IMG/VR virus record: IMGVR_UViG_3300027969_000055
Span: 32,001-96,000 of that record
Direction: 5' to 3' (one strand)
Origin: a virus
DNA length: 64,000 nt
Position 1 is the first letter of the stretch; each line of letters begins with the position of its first letter. The position numbers were made by a program, and so were the translations under genes. Positions 30,545-40,721 of the stretch are shown one piece after another. The notes beneath the pieces were generated by a model. It saw only the letters and a program-made list of their open reading frames with translations. It had not been told where the DNA came from and did not search any database.

Positions 30545-30571
30545 AATATACTAAGAAAATAGAAAAGGGTT
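30545..30571 (-). promoter_or_regulatory. Putative promoter AACCC-N16-TATATT (variant)
   Basis: Variant of recurring motif. Confidence 0.45.
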
Positions 30572-32231
30572 AAACTATTGTTAGGTCTGAGAAGTGATCG
30601 GTATTTTCAACTTGGATTTTTGTATCAAAATATTCTTCCGGAAGTGGGTCATGTGAAATTACAAAGACTGTCATGTTATATTTCTTTGAAAATGTTTTAA
30701 GTAAATCAACTACTCTAAATATTGAATCAACGTCTAACGACGAAAATACTTCATCTAAGAAAAGAAGATTTACTTTATTGTGCTTTAGTTTAATTAGTTC
30801 AAGAATACATAAAAGTACGATTAAATTCATTTTCTTTTGTTCTCCAGAAGACAATGAGTCTGGTGAAACTTGCATTCCTAAATGAGTAATGATTGGATTA
30901 AATTCCAAATCAAACTCAAATGCAAATTTGAATTCAAGAACCTTGGCAGTCTTTAAGATCTTCTTGTTCAATAATGGAATAATTTGACTCATTAACATCC
31001 GCTTCATACCATTATCGGATAGAATCATTTCCATTTCTTGAGAAACTTTTAATTTTTCGGCTTGGCTGGCTAAACTAGTACCAGCGGTTCTTATTTCAGT
31101 TTCGATATTTTTTATTACTTCAACTAGGTGTTTATCGGACGTTTGTTTACCTTGCTGAGATAACTGTTGGATTTCTCTCTTTGCTGCGGACAACTGTGCA
31201 TCAATTTTATAAAATTTATCCTTTGCTTGACTTTGATTATTATCAATAGTAGATAAGGTAGATTCAAAACCTTTAATTTTTTCAGAAATATCTGGGATTG
31301 AAGTTTCCTGAGTCTCCTTTAATTTTAACAATTTATCTTTGATTTGACTGTGAATTTCATCAGTTAAGTCGGAAAGGCAGTGAGGACACTTATTTTTATT
31401 GTAAAGATCAAGTTTCTTTTGTATTTCTGAAATATTTGCTCTAACTGTAGTTAATTCATCACGAGATGTTCTAACCATTGTTTGTATTTCTGAAAGCTTT
31501 GTTGTAAAACTACCTGCTTCAACCCGAGCTGTCTCTTTTAACTCAACCAATTTAGCAAGTTCGGCAGTTAGTTCTTCAATTCTAGCTGTGTTAGTTGCCT
31601 GGATTTCGTTTTTTAAATTTTCAAGTTGGTTAACTGATGATTCTAATAATCTTTGGTTACTTGCAATTGAAGACTCAAGAGGAGTAATTTCTCCCTTAAC
31701 TCTTTTAGTATCTTCTTTTGCAATTTTAGACATATCATTAACAATATCTAATCCAAAAATTTTATCAATGATTTGGCGCTTATCTGCTGGGCTCAACTTA
31801 ACAAAACTTTTAAAGTCGTTTACTGATAAGCTAATAGTATTTGAAAATACGTTAAACGGTAACTTAGTTAGTTCCTCTTCAATGAAGTCATCAACTCTTC
31901 TTTTATCTGGTAAATTATATTCAGCTCCGTCAATTGATAATTTTGAAAAATTTGGCTCAAGTCCACGTTCTATATCAATAAGCCTACCATTACCAGTTGT
32001 AAATTTAATTTGAGTATAGGCATTTTTATTAATACGATTTGGAATTTCTTTGGTTTTACGAATTGCCGACTTTCCATAAATTGCAACAGTTAATGCATCG
32101 GAGATTGACGATTTACCGCTACCGTTTTTACCCTGAACTAAAATTAGTCTAGGGTCATCAGTAAATTTGAAAGTCTGTAATTTATTGCCGTATGAGCAAA
32201 TATTTCTAAAGGAAAATTCGTGTATCTTCAT
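30570..32231 (-). CDS. Rad50/SbcC-like ATPase (gp46)
   Basis: GKNGSGKS, CPHC hook, LSSGE signature, LFLDEVF. Confidence 0.93.
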   Translation of the reverse strand: MKIHEFSFRNICSYGNKLQTFKFTDDPRLILVQGKNGSGKSSISDALTVAIYGKSAIRKTKEIPNRINKNAYTQIKFTTGNGRLIDIERGLEPNFSKLSIDGAEYNLPDKRRVDDFIEEELTKLPFNVFSNTISLSVNDFKSFVKLSPADKRQIIDKIFGLDIVNDMSKIAKEDTKRVKGEITPLESSIASNQRLLESSVNQLENLKNEIQATNTARIEELTAELAKLVELKETARVEAGSFTTKLSEIQTMVRTSRDELTTVRANISEIQKKLDLYNKNKCPHCLSDLTDEIHSQIKDKLLKLKETQETSIPDISEKIKGFESTLSTIDNNQSQAKDKFYKIDAQLSAAKREIQQLSQQGKQTSDKHLVEVIKNIETEIRTAGTSLASQAEKLKVSQEMEMILSDNGMKRMLMSQIIPLLNKKILKTAKVLEFKFAFEFDLEFNPIITHLGMQVSPDSLSSGEQKKMNLIVLLCILELIKLKHNKVNLLFLDEVFSSLDVDSIFRVVDLLKTFSKKYNMTVFVISHDPLPEEYFDTKIQVENTDHFSDLTIV

Positions 32232-32725
32232 TAATTTAAAAAATAGGTAAGTTCTTGATCTGGGTCGATGTCTTGTACTGTATAGAATTTATATAGTTTT
32301 TTATTAGAGTCATAATCCCAATTAATATTAGGTGAAGCTGATCTTCTATAAATTGAACCAAACCCTAACAGGATTGCATGTGAATCAATATGAAGCATTT
32401 TATTTGGATTAATTACATCATATACAATTGCTTTAAATTGGTCAGTTGAAATAAGGCCGCGATCCAGTCTCTCTTGTAAATTAAGTTCTGCTAATTTTTC
32501 TCCAATCTCACGTTCCTTATTCATACCGTCAGGATTAACAAATAACCGATTATCTAATATCGGATCATTGTTTTTAAGTAGAATTTGAGTTTTTTGGCTA
32601 ATTGGAATCCATGCACAAAATTCAATTGTGGAATTTCTATAAATTTGAGCATTACTGAATACTCCAAACTCTTTAGCATTTATAGGTTTTACGTATAAAC
32701 TTGATAATATACTTGGGTTACTCAT
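32231..32725 (-). CDS. SET-domain-like protein, degenerate
   Basis: FGVFS...IEFC...LGFGSIYRRSASPN...DIDPDQELTY. Confidence 0.65.
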   Translation of the reverse strand: MSNPSILSSLYVKPINAKEFGVFSNAQIYRNSTIEFCAWIPISQKTQILLKNNDPILDNRLFVNPDGMNKEREIGEKLAELNLQERLDRGLISTDQFKAIVYDVINPNKMLHIDSHAILLGFGSIYRRSASPNINWDYDSNKKLYKFYTVQDIDPDQELTYFLN

Positions 32726-33830
32726 CGGATGTTTGTTGTTTTACTAAGTTATGAATTTCGATAAATTTTTGAGCTAATTCAGTTTTAAAAGTCTGTGAGT
32801 AGTCTTTTGTTTTTAGGTAGCTTTTAAATATATCAATAACATTAAACTGGTCTTCTGGATTAAAATCAACGGTAGTAGATTCGTCAGAGGTTTGATCGAC
32901 ATATGTAAAAAATTCAACCTTTCGATGAGTTGATTTTGAAATAAGTTCTAAAAATCTAGTTACTGAGAATTTATTAACGAAATTTACGCTAATCATAATA
33001 TCAACAAATGAATTATTTAATTTTTCAATTACTTCATTTGCTGGCATTTCTAATAATTCAAATATATCAAATTTCTTATAGACTGGAGAGTTAGTGTTTT
33101 CGATAAATTTCTCAGTTAACGTCTGGGAAGATACGTCAAGTTGATAAAAACCTTTAGTATTGCCACGGTCTCCTCTATCCATTTGATATGGAGTTCCAGT
33201 ATAAAGAACATTTTTAAATTCTTGACGATGGTGTATATGGCCAGCATAAACACGTTTATATGAGGATAACATGTCAACTTCAATTCCATGTTCAACCTTC
33301 GTCCATTTATTAAATCGTAAACCTTTAATATCTGCATGGCAGACAATATACTCGCATAACTCTTTATGATCCGTTATTATTTGATTTAAACGATTTGTAT
33401 CTTCAACCCAAGGTAACATTAAAAAGTTATGCGATCCATTAATTGTAATAATTTCTGGATTTTCAAATACGTGAATGTTGTCAGCAATATGAGAGATTGC
33501 TTTTAACGAGTGAACCACGTTTCTATCTTTATAATAAACGTCATGGTTTCCTATAATAATATAGATGCCTCTTTTAAATTTCTCAGAAAGCTTTTTAAAA
33601 ATAGTTAAGGCTTCATCATGTACTCTAACATTAATTGATTCACGTGAATGAAATACGTCGCCTTCTAAAAATAACACATCGCGGTCTTCATCAAAATCTT
33701 CATCTACTTTATTAATTAAAAAGTCCAATAGAAAATCCTTTTGTATTTGAATCCATTCTATTGAATTATTTTTTATTCCTAAGTGTAAATCACCAACTAG
33801 TGTTATTTTTCGAATATTTGTAAGCTTCAT
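32718..33830 (-). CDS. Mre11/SbcD-like nuclease (gp47)
   Basis: GDLHLG, GDVFH, GNHD, GHIH. Confidence 0.92.
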   Translation of the reverse strand: MKLTNIRKITLVGDLHLGIKNNSIEWIQIQKDFLLDFLINKVDEDFDEDRDVLFLEGDVFHSRESINVRVHDEALTIFKKLSEKFKRGIYIIIGNHDVYYKDRNVVHSLKAISHIADNIHVFENPEIITINGSHNFLMLPWVEDTNRLNQIITDHKELCEYIVCHADIKGLRFNKWTKVEHGIEVDMLSSYKRVYAGHIHHRQEFKNVLYTGTPYQMDRGDRGNTKGFYQLDVSSQTLTEKFIENTNSPVYKKFDIFELLEMPANEVIEKLNNSFVDIMISVNFVNKFSVTRFLELISKSTHRKVEFFTYVDQTSDESTTVDFNPEDQFNVIDIFKSYLKTKDYSQTFKTELAQKFIEIHNLVKQQTSDE

Positions 33831-33831
33831 G

Positions 33832-34503
33832 TTAAAATATTTTATAGTTCTTGCCCATGCTATCTAAAAATCCGTATTTACTATTTAACTCAACTAATAA
33901 AAGTTCTTTATTTTCATAAGTTAACATATCAAATATTTTTTTATATTCCATGTTAAGAGTTGAAGAAATTGATTCAAGTACTTGGATTGGGCTAATGAAT
34001 ACTGTTGTCATTGTTCCAGCACTCAACCCGTTTAAAATTATACTAAATATTTGGTTAATTTGTACTTTTGTAAATTTCTGCTTTTCAGGCTCATCACCTA
34101 GGATCTCCTGTAGTTCAGAGCAACCTTTGATAAAGTTATATATGTCTCTTTGTACAATAGTATAGTCTACATGATCAGAATATCTGTCTGGATCGGACAT
34201 TGAATGCGCAGCTGAACCACTTTCTAATTTAATAGCTGAACTTGACGTTGGCGAATTATTATCGTCTTCGTCATTATGTTCATATCCTAAATTATAAGTA
34301 TTTCCAAAAATCTTATCATTTCTTTTTAGGTCAGAATAGGCAATCTTACGGCGTTCTAATTCGTCTTCATCATAGTCTCCTTCAATTAATCCATCTTCTT
34401 CAATAATGATGTCTTCATCGTCGAATTCTAAGGTATCGTCTTGTTCAACGGTTAAATCATTATCTAGATCTGAAAAATCGTCAGGGTGTTTTCTTGGTGC
34501 CAT
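33832..34503 (-). CDS. Acidic hypothetical protein
   Basis: 223 aa in replication operon. Confidence 0.72.
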   Translation of the reverse strand: MAPRKHPDDFSDLDNDLTVEQDDTLEFDDEDIIIEEDGLIEGDYDEDELERRKIAYSDLKRNDKIFGNTYNLGYEHNDEDDNNSPTSSSAIKLESGSAAHSMSDPDRYSDHVDYTIVQRDIYNFIKGCSELQEILGDEPEKQKFTKVQINQIFSIILNGLSAGTMTTVFISPIQVLESISSTLNMEYKKIFDMLTYENKELLLVELNSKYGFLDSMGKNYKIF

Positions 34504-34519
34504 TTAGTTATGTGTATTT

Positions 34520-36055
34520 TTATATCGAATTTAACAGATCATCATAATCTGCAGAAGTTCGATGGGCTTGGACTGGTACTGGCATAGCTAGTGCAACATC
34601 CATAGGTATTAAATTTTGAGGTAACGTTGTCGTATTCGTATGAGCCGTTTGATATTGAGTTCTCATTTGATTTTCAAGAGATTGAGTATCATCATCATCA
34701 GAATAAAATTCACTAGCTGGATCGTATTCTTCAGTTAGTTTAGCAAATTCATAACTCATTCTATACATTTTAAAACTTTCGGTATAGCCGCCATCCCTAT
34801 TTGCAATTAACTTAATCTTCATACGCTTTTCCATAGGTCCACGGATTAATCCAAATAGCGAATCTACTGTATGCACTAGACCAAATGATTCTGCAATATC
34901 GGACATGCTTAAATCTTGATCATCAACTGCATCTCGTTTAATTTGAGTAGCTGTAATGATACACCATTCGTTTCGAATTGCAACTGCTCTAAGTTCTTCA
35001 GAAATAACTTTTATCTTTTCATAAGTATTTCCTTGCTCACGAAGAGGTCTCATTAAGTTAATATAATCAACTACAATTACGGTAAATTTAATTCCAGAGT
35101 TTTGCTGAACTTTTAAAAAGTAGTTTTCCACATCAATCGCCGAAGCAGTGCCAGTTGGAAATTCCTTTACTATTAACTGGCCAAGCTGAGGCATGTCTGA
35201 TTTAAGCTTCTGTATTTTACTAGTAACTTCAGACACTTGACTATTATCTAACATTGAATCATAATCCTTAAATGGAATACTTAATATGCTTGAACCGAGT
35301 CTTTTCATGTATTTACGGTCAGATAATTCAAGAGTTCCTATTCCTACATGACAACCTGCCATAAATGCTCTGGCTGCAATATTTGAAAGTACCATTGATT
35401 TACCAACCTTCGGTCGACCTTGGAAAACAACTAGAGTTTTTGGGTTCCAACCTCCACCTAATGTTTTATCAAAGAATGGAAAGCCTGTTGGATTTCCAAT
35501 TTTTGAAAGTTGAACGTGATCTACTGAAGTAAAAAAATTTAGACCGGACTCAGCACTAGTGAATGAAACATTTAATTTACTGTTGAACTTCTCCCTAACA
35601 TCATTTGTAATTAATTCAACATTCTCTGGATTAATATCAGTTGTCTTTAAATACGATAATACATCAATTACTGACGCATTTAGGTTTTTATAGAAAATGA
35701 ATGCTTTTGTGTACTTAAATAAAAATTCATAATTATAACTAGATAAGTCTACTTCAAACAGTGCATTAAATTTTTGCTCTGAAATATCTAGATTTGAAAG
35801 ATTTGCAATTTGTCGCAATTCATTTCGGGTTGGGATTTTAGAATATTCAATAAACCATTTTTTAGCTTCACGATATAACCTTTGTAGAGTATCATCGTTA
35901 AAGTAATGAGCTTTAATTAATGGAATAACTTCTCGCTTGTCCAATGAGTCAAAGTTTTTAGGCTTAATGATTACATCATTATCATCTTCAGTTAGAACAA
36001 AGTTAAAAATTATTTTTTCGAGAAGCTCAATGTTCTCTTTGAAATCTATCATCAT
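34520..36055 (-). CDS. Replicative DnaB-type helicase (gp41-like)
   Basis: GRPKVGKS, VVDYINLM, TATQ, IAESFG. Confidence 0.92.
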   Translation of the reverse strand: MMIDFKENIELLEKIIFNFVLTEDDNDVIIKPKNFDSLDKREVIPLIKAHYFNDDTLQRLYREAKKWFIEYSKIPTRNELRQIANLSNLDISEQKFNALFEVDLSSYNYEFLFKYTKAFIFYKNLNASVIDVLSYLKTTDINPENVELITNDVREKFNSKLNVSFTSAESGLNFFTSVDHVQLSKIGNPTGFPFFDKTLGGGWNPKTLVVFQGRPKVGKSMVLSNIAARAFMAGCHVGIGTLELSDRKYMKRLGSSILSIPFKDYDSMLDNSQVSEVTSKIQKLKSDMPQLGQLIVKEFPTGTASAIDVENYFLKVQQNSGIKFTVIVVDYINLMRPLREQGNTYEKIKVISEELRAVAIRNEWCIITATQIKRDAVDDQDLSMSDIAESFGLVHTVDSLFGLIRGPMEKRMKIKLIANRDGGYTESFKMYRMSYEFAKLTEEYDPASEFYSDDDDTQSLENQMRTQYQTAHTNTTTLPQNLIPMDVALAMPVPVQAHRTSADYDDLLNSI

Positions 36056-36060
36056 ATTTT

Positions 36061-36399
36061 TTAGTTCGAAATTATATAAAATTTTAAAAATTCAGATTGG
36101 CTAATTATTATAAATTCACCTTTCTTAATTAGAATATTATCTTCTATTAAGTCTTTCATTAATAGTTTTAATTTTTCTAAAAAATCGCTGGTCAATTTAT
36201 CACCAAACACATATTTTAAAGTCTTAGTTGAGAATTTAATATCATCTAGGTCAAATTCCTTAGATTTGACTTGGGTAACTTTTACAATGTATGAAATAAT
36301 ATCGAATACAAAGTCTTGCCTAGTTGGGTAGCTAGGCAAGGCTGTATGCGAGTCCAGTAAGTATTTAAGCGGAATATTTGGCTGTAATTTAAAGGTCAT
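36061..36399 (-). CDS. Hypothetical protein
   Basis: 112 aa between uvsX and helicase. Confidence 0.65.
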   Translation of the reverse strand: MTFKLQPNIPLKYLLDSHTALPSYPTRQDFVFDIISYIVKVTQVKSKEFDLDDIKFSTKTLKYVFGDKLTSDFLEKLKLLMKDLIEDNILIKKGEFIIISQSEFLKFYIISN

Positions 36400-37579
36400 T
36401 ATCTGAATCAGTTAAATCTTCTAATTCGTCTATTTCCATTTCATCTATTCCATCTTGTGTTTCAGGAAATTTAAACGTAGGCTTAATTGTAGTTTCGTCT
36501 AATTGAGTTAATACTTCATGAGTAAATAACCTAGCTGAGAAAAATTCTTTAACTGGAACAGCATCACCATTATGTTTAATGATATAAGTTTTTCCAAGTT
36601 TCTTTGGTAGAAAATAGAATGTTTCACCAGCTACTTCAAATTTTGAACATAAGTCAGATTCATCTGGCTTTAGTTTAGAGAATTCCTTTTCAGTTAACTT
36701 ATTACCTCTACCAACTCCACATGATTCCCAATTAACATATTGCTCAAGGCCAACGAATTGATTCATACCTTTATGGAATGAAATATGGAATTCAATATCA
36801 ATAGGCCTAGCTAAACGATTCTTTTTAGTTTTAGAACGAACAATAATTCCAGTAGTAGTTTTGGCCTCATCGCGAAGAGTTCCTTTACTCAACATTAAAA
36901 TAATTGATGCAGAGAATTCCGGACCTCCACCACCTGACATACCCTTTGGCGTATATTGATCCATTGAGGCATATGTATGATTTGTAAAAATAAATGGAAC
37001 TTTATAATTTGAAAGATCTAGAGTTAATGATTTGAATAGAGACCTCATTTCCTTTGCACGAAGTCCCATATCTGCAGCATTCTTACCTGCATCCATATCG
37101 CGTTGACTTTTATCCGTATCCAGCATTCCTACTGAATCTACAAATAGTGCAATCTTAAGTCCTGGGTTCTCCTTAATTGTTTCAATTAAGTCATGGACAT
37201 AAAATTTAACTTCGCTAATAAGACCCATACGTAAATATTTTAATTTACTTAAGTCCACTCCGAATTTAACATAGTCACTTGAATCAATTGCACCTTCAGT
37301 GTCAATGTAAATTACCATGTAATCCATTTTTTGTAATTCACGAACTGCATTTAAACATAGGAATGTTTTACCTGCACCGGAGTCGCCAGCAATTCCAATA
37401 CTACGAGTATTGGGATAGCCTCCAAATAAGGAACCTGACATTTGAGCGTTTAATAAGTAATTTCCAGTTGGAATGTACTCTTCAATATCAGAGAATCCTC
37501 TGATTTCGATTTTTGATTTGACTTTTTTCTCGAGCAAGTCGTTAAACTTGGCGAATGCGTCCATTGTTGATTTTGCCAT
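36389..37579 (-). CDS. uvsX: UvsX/RecA-like recombinase
   Basis: GDSGAGKT, IDTEGA, FVDSVG, NHTY, SGGGG. Confidence 0.92.
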   Translation of the reverse strand: MAKSTMDAFAKFNDLLEKKVKSKIEIRGFSDIEEYIPTGNYLLNAQMSGSLFGGYPNTRSIGIAGDSGAGKTFLCLNAVRELQKMDYMVIYIDTEGAIDSSDYVKFGVDLSKLKYLRMGLISEVKFYVHDLIETIKENPGLKIALFVDSVGMLDTDKSQRDMDAGKNAADMGLRAKEMRSLFKSLTLDLSNYKVPFIFTNHTYASMDQYTPKGMSGGGGPEFSASIILMLSKGTLRDEAKTTTGIIVRSKTKKNRLARPIDIEFHISFHKGMNQFVGLEQYVNWESCGVGRGNKLTEKEFSKLKPDESDLCSKFEVAGETFYFLPKKLGKTYIIKHNGDAVPVKEFFSARLFTHEVLTQLDETTIKPTFKFPETQDGIDEMEIDELEDLTDSDNDL

Positions 37580-37603
37580 GTGTATAAAATTAATATTTAG
37601 TAT

Positions 37604-37631
37604 CTTTTACAAAGGATACTGAAATGGGTTT
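37604..37631 (-). promoter_or_regulatory. Putative promoter AAACC-N17-TAAAAG
   Basis: Recurring motif. Confidence 0.6.
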
Positions 37632-38199
37632 AGTTAAAATATGAAGCAAGTAAAAAAGATCCTGATAGAACCGTTGCATCTGGAAATTCGCCATTAACTA
37701 CTTGGTGAAATCCTATATTGATGATTTTAGAATCATCCTTTGTAAAATTATCTTTTGACAGATTTCTAGTAAATTCAAAACCTTCTTTTGCTGGCTTGCC
37801 TAGATCAATTCCGTAACAGTGCATTGTTAGAGTTATTGGCGAATTCATTGCAATATCTCCCAAATAAAATATCTGATTTTCGGTTAAACCAAGCTGTTCA
37901 ATATTTAATCCAGCTTCTTCGACTAGCGCTCTACATACTGAATCGTATGGGGTGCGATCTAGGTCTGAATTAACTTCGTCTATAATTAGAGTATGTGCAG
38001 TTTGGCCGTTTGATTTATTTTGAAACTCAAGAGCATAAATAGACTTAATTTCATCTTCTGATGTTTTAGTAAAAGGTATCAAACAAATATATTCTGAATC
38101 AACTGATAAGTATTGAGCTGAGTGTTGATCGCGATTAACTGTTAATAAGTTAAATTTTCCTATTTTACTAGGAGTCTCATTAGATACTTGATTATGCAT
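37630..38199 (-). CDS. Nudix-fold protein with degenerate box
   Basis: PYDSVCRALVEEAGL. Confidence 0.55.
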   Translation of the reverse strand: MHNQVSNETPSKIGKFNLLTVNRDQHSAQYLSVDSEYICLIPFTKTSEDEIKSIYALEFQNKSNGQTAHTLIIDEVNSDLDRTPYDSVCRALVEEAGLNIEQLGLTENQIFYLGDIAMNSPITLTMHCYGIDLGKPAKEGFEFTRNLSKDNFTKDDSKIINIGFHQVVNGEFPDATVLSGSFLLASYFN

Positions 38200-38821
38200 T
38201 GGCTGTAGATTTTTTGGTAGGTGTTGTACTCAACATTTTCTTCATAGTCTTTTTAATTGAGTCAGCAGTTACGTTATTATTTATATAGTCAGACAATTTT
38301 GTCAAAAACTCTTCTTTATTCTTAGAGTTTGAGTACATCATCTTTAATAAATTTTTACTAGGTAATTTAATTTTAACGGAGAGCGCTAAATCTGTGTCTT
38401 CTAGTGAAAACATACCAAATAAGTCACCTGGATCAGTAGAAACTTTAAGTTGAGCTGGTTGAGCAGGCGGCGGAGCTATTGGTTTTGGTGCAATAACTTC
38501 AGCTCTAAATTCTTCTGGAATTTCTTCAGATACTTTAAAATCGTCAGTTAATGAAGGAATGTAATTGATTGACTGAATTTCAGCCATTGACATTGGCGGT
38601 TGATCTTCAGTGATCATCATTAAGTCAGAAGAAACTCTGTCAGTATCAAGTTGAGTACCGTCTGATAGTACTGCCATGAATCTACCGTTTCTGGAAGGCA
38701 GAACATCTCTAACTTGAACTACTTTTCCTAGTTTAGTTTTATCATTGGTTTTTATCCATTGAAAGTCATTCGATTGGAAGCTGCTCTTTATTGCAACTAG
38801 GGTATCAATATCGTAATTCAT
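38192..38821 (-). CDS. Hypothetical protein
   Basis: Start taken at ATG 38821 (MNYDID). Confidence 0.7.
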   Translation of the reverse strand: MNYDIDTLVAIKSSFQSNDFQWIKTNDKTKLGKVVQVRDVLPSRNGRFMAVLSDGTQLDTDRVSSDLMMITEDQPPMSMAEIQSINYIPSLTDDFKVSEEIPEEFRAEVIAPKPIAPPPAQPAQLKVSTDPGDLFGMFSLEDTDLALSVKIKLPSKNLLKMMYSNSKNKEEFLTKLSDYINNNVTADSIKKTMKKMLSTTPTKKSTANA

Positions 38822-38840
38822 AATTATGTTTTTTATTTTT

Positions 38841-40223
38841 TTAAGCCACTTTTTCACTTGATAATTGCTCTTCTAATTTTTTCATTTGATTCTTTGTATC
38901 AACTCTACCGTTGTATAATCTAGTAAGAATTGTTCGAGCGGCTGAATCATTTTTATTTGTGAAGACCGTATCGTTTTTTGTTAATATTTGGTCAGGTTGT
39001 ATTTCAATACCAGGTTTGGTTTTTCCTAAATAAGAGTCTGGTGAAATATTAAATTGAATTTGAATGTTTGGATACATTGATGCAAAGTCAAAACATGAAA
39101 CGTATTTGTAATATCCAGGTTCAGGCTTTGCAACATAGGCTCCATCGTATGTTGCATCTTCTTCCAATTCTCTTCGGTCGTTTGCCATATACCGGCCTCG
39201 GTCTAGAAACTCACGACACATTAATGATTCAGTAATGAATACTGCTGAGAATACTTTTGAAACATCGACCTTTGCAAATTTTGAAATTGCAAATGCAACA
39301 TCAAGTAGTCCAAGTTTATCTTCAATCAACTTAATAAGAATTGTATCGATGATATTATACTTAATAAAGTTTTCAATATCTTGTTGAGCTTCCATCATGG
39401 TTGCATATTCACTATGGAGTTTGGTTGTTCCTAATACTAAATTCGCAATATAGTCTAACTTATAATTCTCAACTACTTTATAAGGTTTAGTATTCATAAA
39501 TACTTCCATGTAATCTAAAAGACCTAAATGAACCGGCATTTTTGATTTACCAATTAATGTTTTAGAAGGCATGGTTTTCATTGGATCAATATCTAATTTT
39601 TTACAACGGTTAATTAGATAAATCCAGTCAAATCCAATAACATTCCAACCAGTTAAGAATGGAATCTTTGGAAGAACTTTATGGAAGAAGGTTTTCATTA
39701 ACTCTTCTTCAGTTTCAAAGAACAAATATTTAAGAGTAAAGGTTTGACCGTGAGCTTTGAAATATTCATTGACTTCATCTTGCATTTGTAAAATTGGAGA
39801 CTCTTCTAATTTCTTCATGGTTGACATTACAAAACAAATATTATCTTCATTAACAAATGTAATCAAGTTAACTGGCATTGCTGCTTTTGCTGGATCAGGA
39901 AACTCTTGCGAAGTTAACTGAATCTCAATATCTAAATAGTACTTCTTTGGGCTATCATCTGAATAAATTGAAGCAAGTTCGGTTTCGTCTAATCTGGTTT
40001 GAGTTAATTCCTCAAGTCTAAAACGACTTAACCATTTACCTTGAACCTTCTTTAGGAACTTTCCATCCCAATTTCTGTGTTCAGTTGGAGTTGGAGTTAA
40101 GTTCCAATTATAGAGATCATGTGGAAGTATTGGCTTTTTCATAAAGCCAATGTTACCGTCTGGTTTATAATAAGAAATAACAAGAGTCGAGTCTTCTGTA
40201 TGAAATTCTGTGCTTACAATCAT
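38841..40223 (-). CDS. Family B DNA polymerase, N-terminal half (exonuclease plus motif A; gp43A-like)
   Basis: ExoI LDIE, ExoII GWNVIGFD, ExoIII YNIID, motif A SCFDFASMYPN; stops in the first finger helix. Confidence 0.93.
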   Translation of the reverse strand: MIVSTEFHTEDSTLVISYYKPDGNIGFMKKPILPHDLYNWNLTPTPTEHRNWDGKFLKKVQGKWLSRFRLEELTQTRLDETELASIYSDDSPKKYYLDIEIQLTSQEFPDPAKAAMPVNLITFVNEDNICFVMSTMKKLEESPILQMQDEVNEYFKAHGQTFTLKYLFFETEEELMKTFFHKVLPKIPFLTGWNVIGFDWIYLINRCKKLDIDPMKTMPSKTLIGKSKMPVHLGLLDYMEVFMNTKPYKVVENYKLDYIANLVLGTTKLHSEYATMMEAQQDIENFIKYNIIDTILIKLIEDKLGLLDVAFAISKFAKVDVSKVFSAVFITESLMCREFLDRGRYMANDRRELEEDATYDGAYVAKPEPGYYKYVSCFDFASMYPNIQIQFNISPDSYLGKTKPGIEIQPDQILTKNDTVFTNKNDSAARTILTRLYNGRVDTKNQMKKLEEQLSSEKVA

Positions 40224-40241
40224 ATTGTATATTATACTAAA

Positions 40242-40721
40242 TTAATAACCTCTTTGTTGGCGAGCTTTATTCTCTTCGTTCTTAGACATGTACATATTGA
40301 ACATTTCTTGAGAAGTCATTCCAACTGATATTGCATAGTTCATAAAGAAGTGAAGCATATCGACTATTTCAAATTTGCACTCAATCTGATCAGATTCTGA
40401 TAAATCTGAGAACTTTTTATCTGAATATCCTTCATGTGCTGATTTCCAGCGCTTCCAAATTGCATTTCCTGAACCGTCATTGATTCCGCCAAGAGCATCG
40501 GTTGCTTCGTGGATTTCGTCAATCATTGCATGGTTATTCATATGCCAAAATGTCATAAGTTCTCTAAGATTCATGTTTGCAAAGTCATACCCGTAAACAT
40601 TCTTTTGAGTATCAGCCTGAATGTCCATGATTTGACCTAGGGTGTCTTTGTTTACTTCTGTTCGGTCTGACCAGTGATCTTTAATTTCTAATTTTGCGCA
40701 AGAGTTATCTATATTTGCCAT
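40242..40721 (-). CDS. dCTPase/dUTPase (T4 gp56-like)
   Basis: DEIHE, KFEIVDMLHFFMN, KNEENKARQQRGY C-terminus. Confidence 0.85.
   Translation of the reverse strand: MANIDNSCAKLEIKDHWSDRTEVNKDTLGQIMDIQADTQKNVYGYDFANMNLRELMTFWHMNNHAMIDEIHEATDALGGINDGSGNAIWKRWKSAHEGYSDKKFSDLSESDQIECKFEIVDMLHFFMNYAISVGMTSQEMFNMYMSKNEENKARQQRGY

Noticed and set aside
38841-40223. Split intein or trans-splicing as the explanation for the divided polymerase
   Set aside because: Neither junction shows intein blocks or a His-Asn/Cys-Ser-Thr boundary; the ends are plain helical finger sequence
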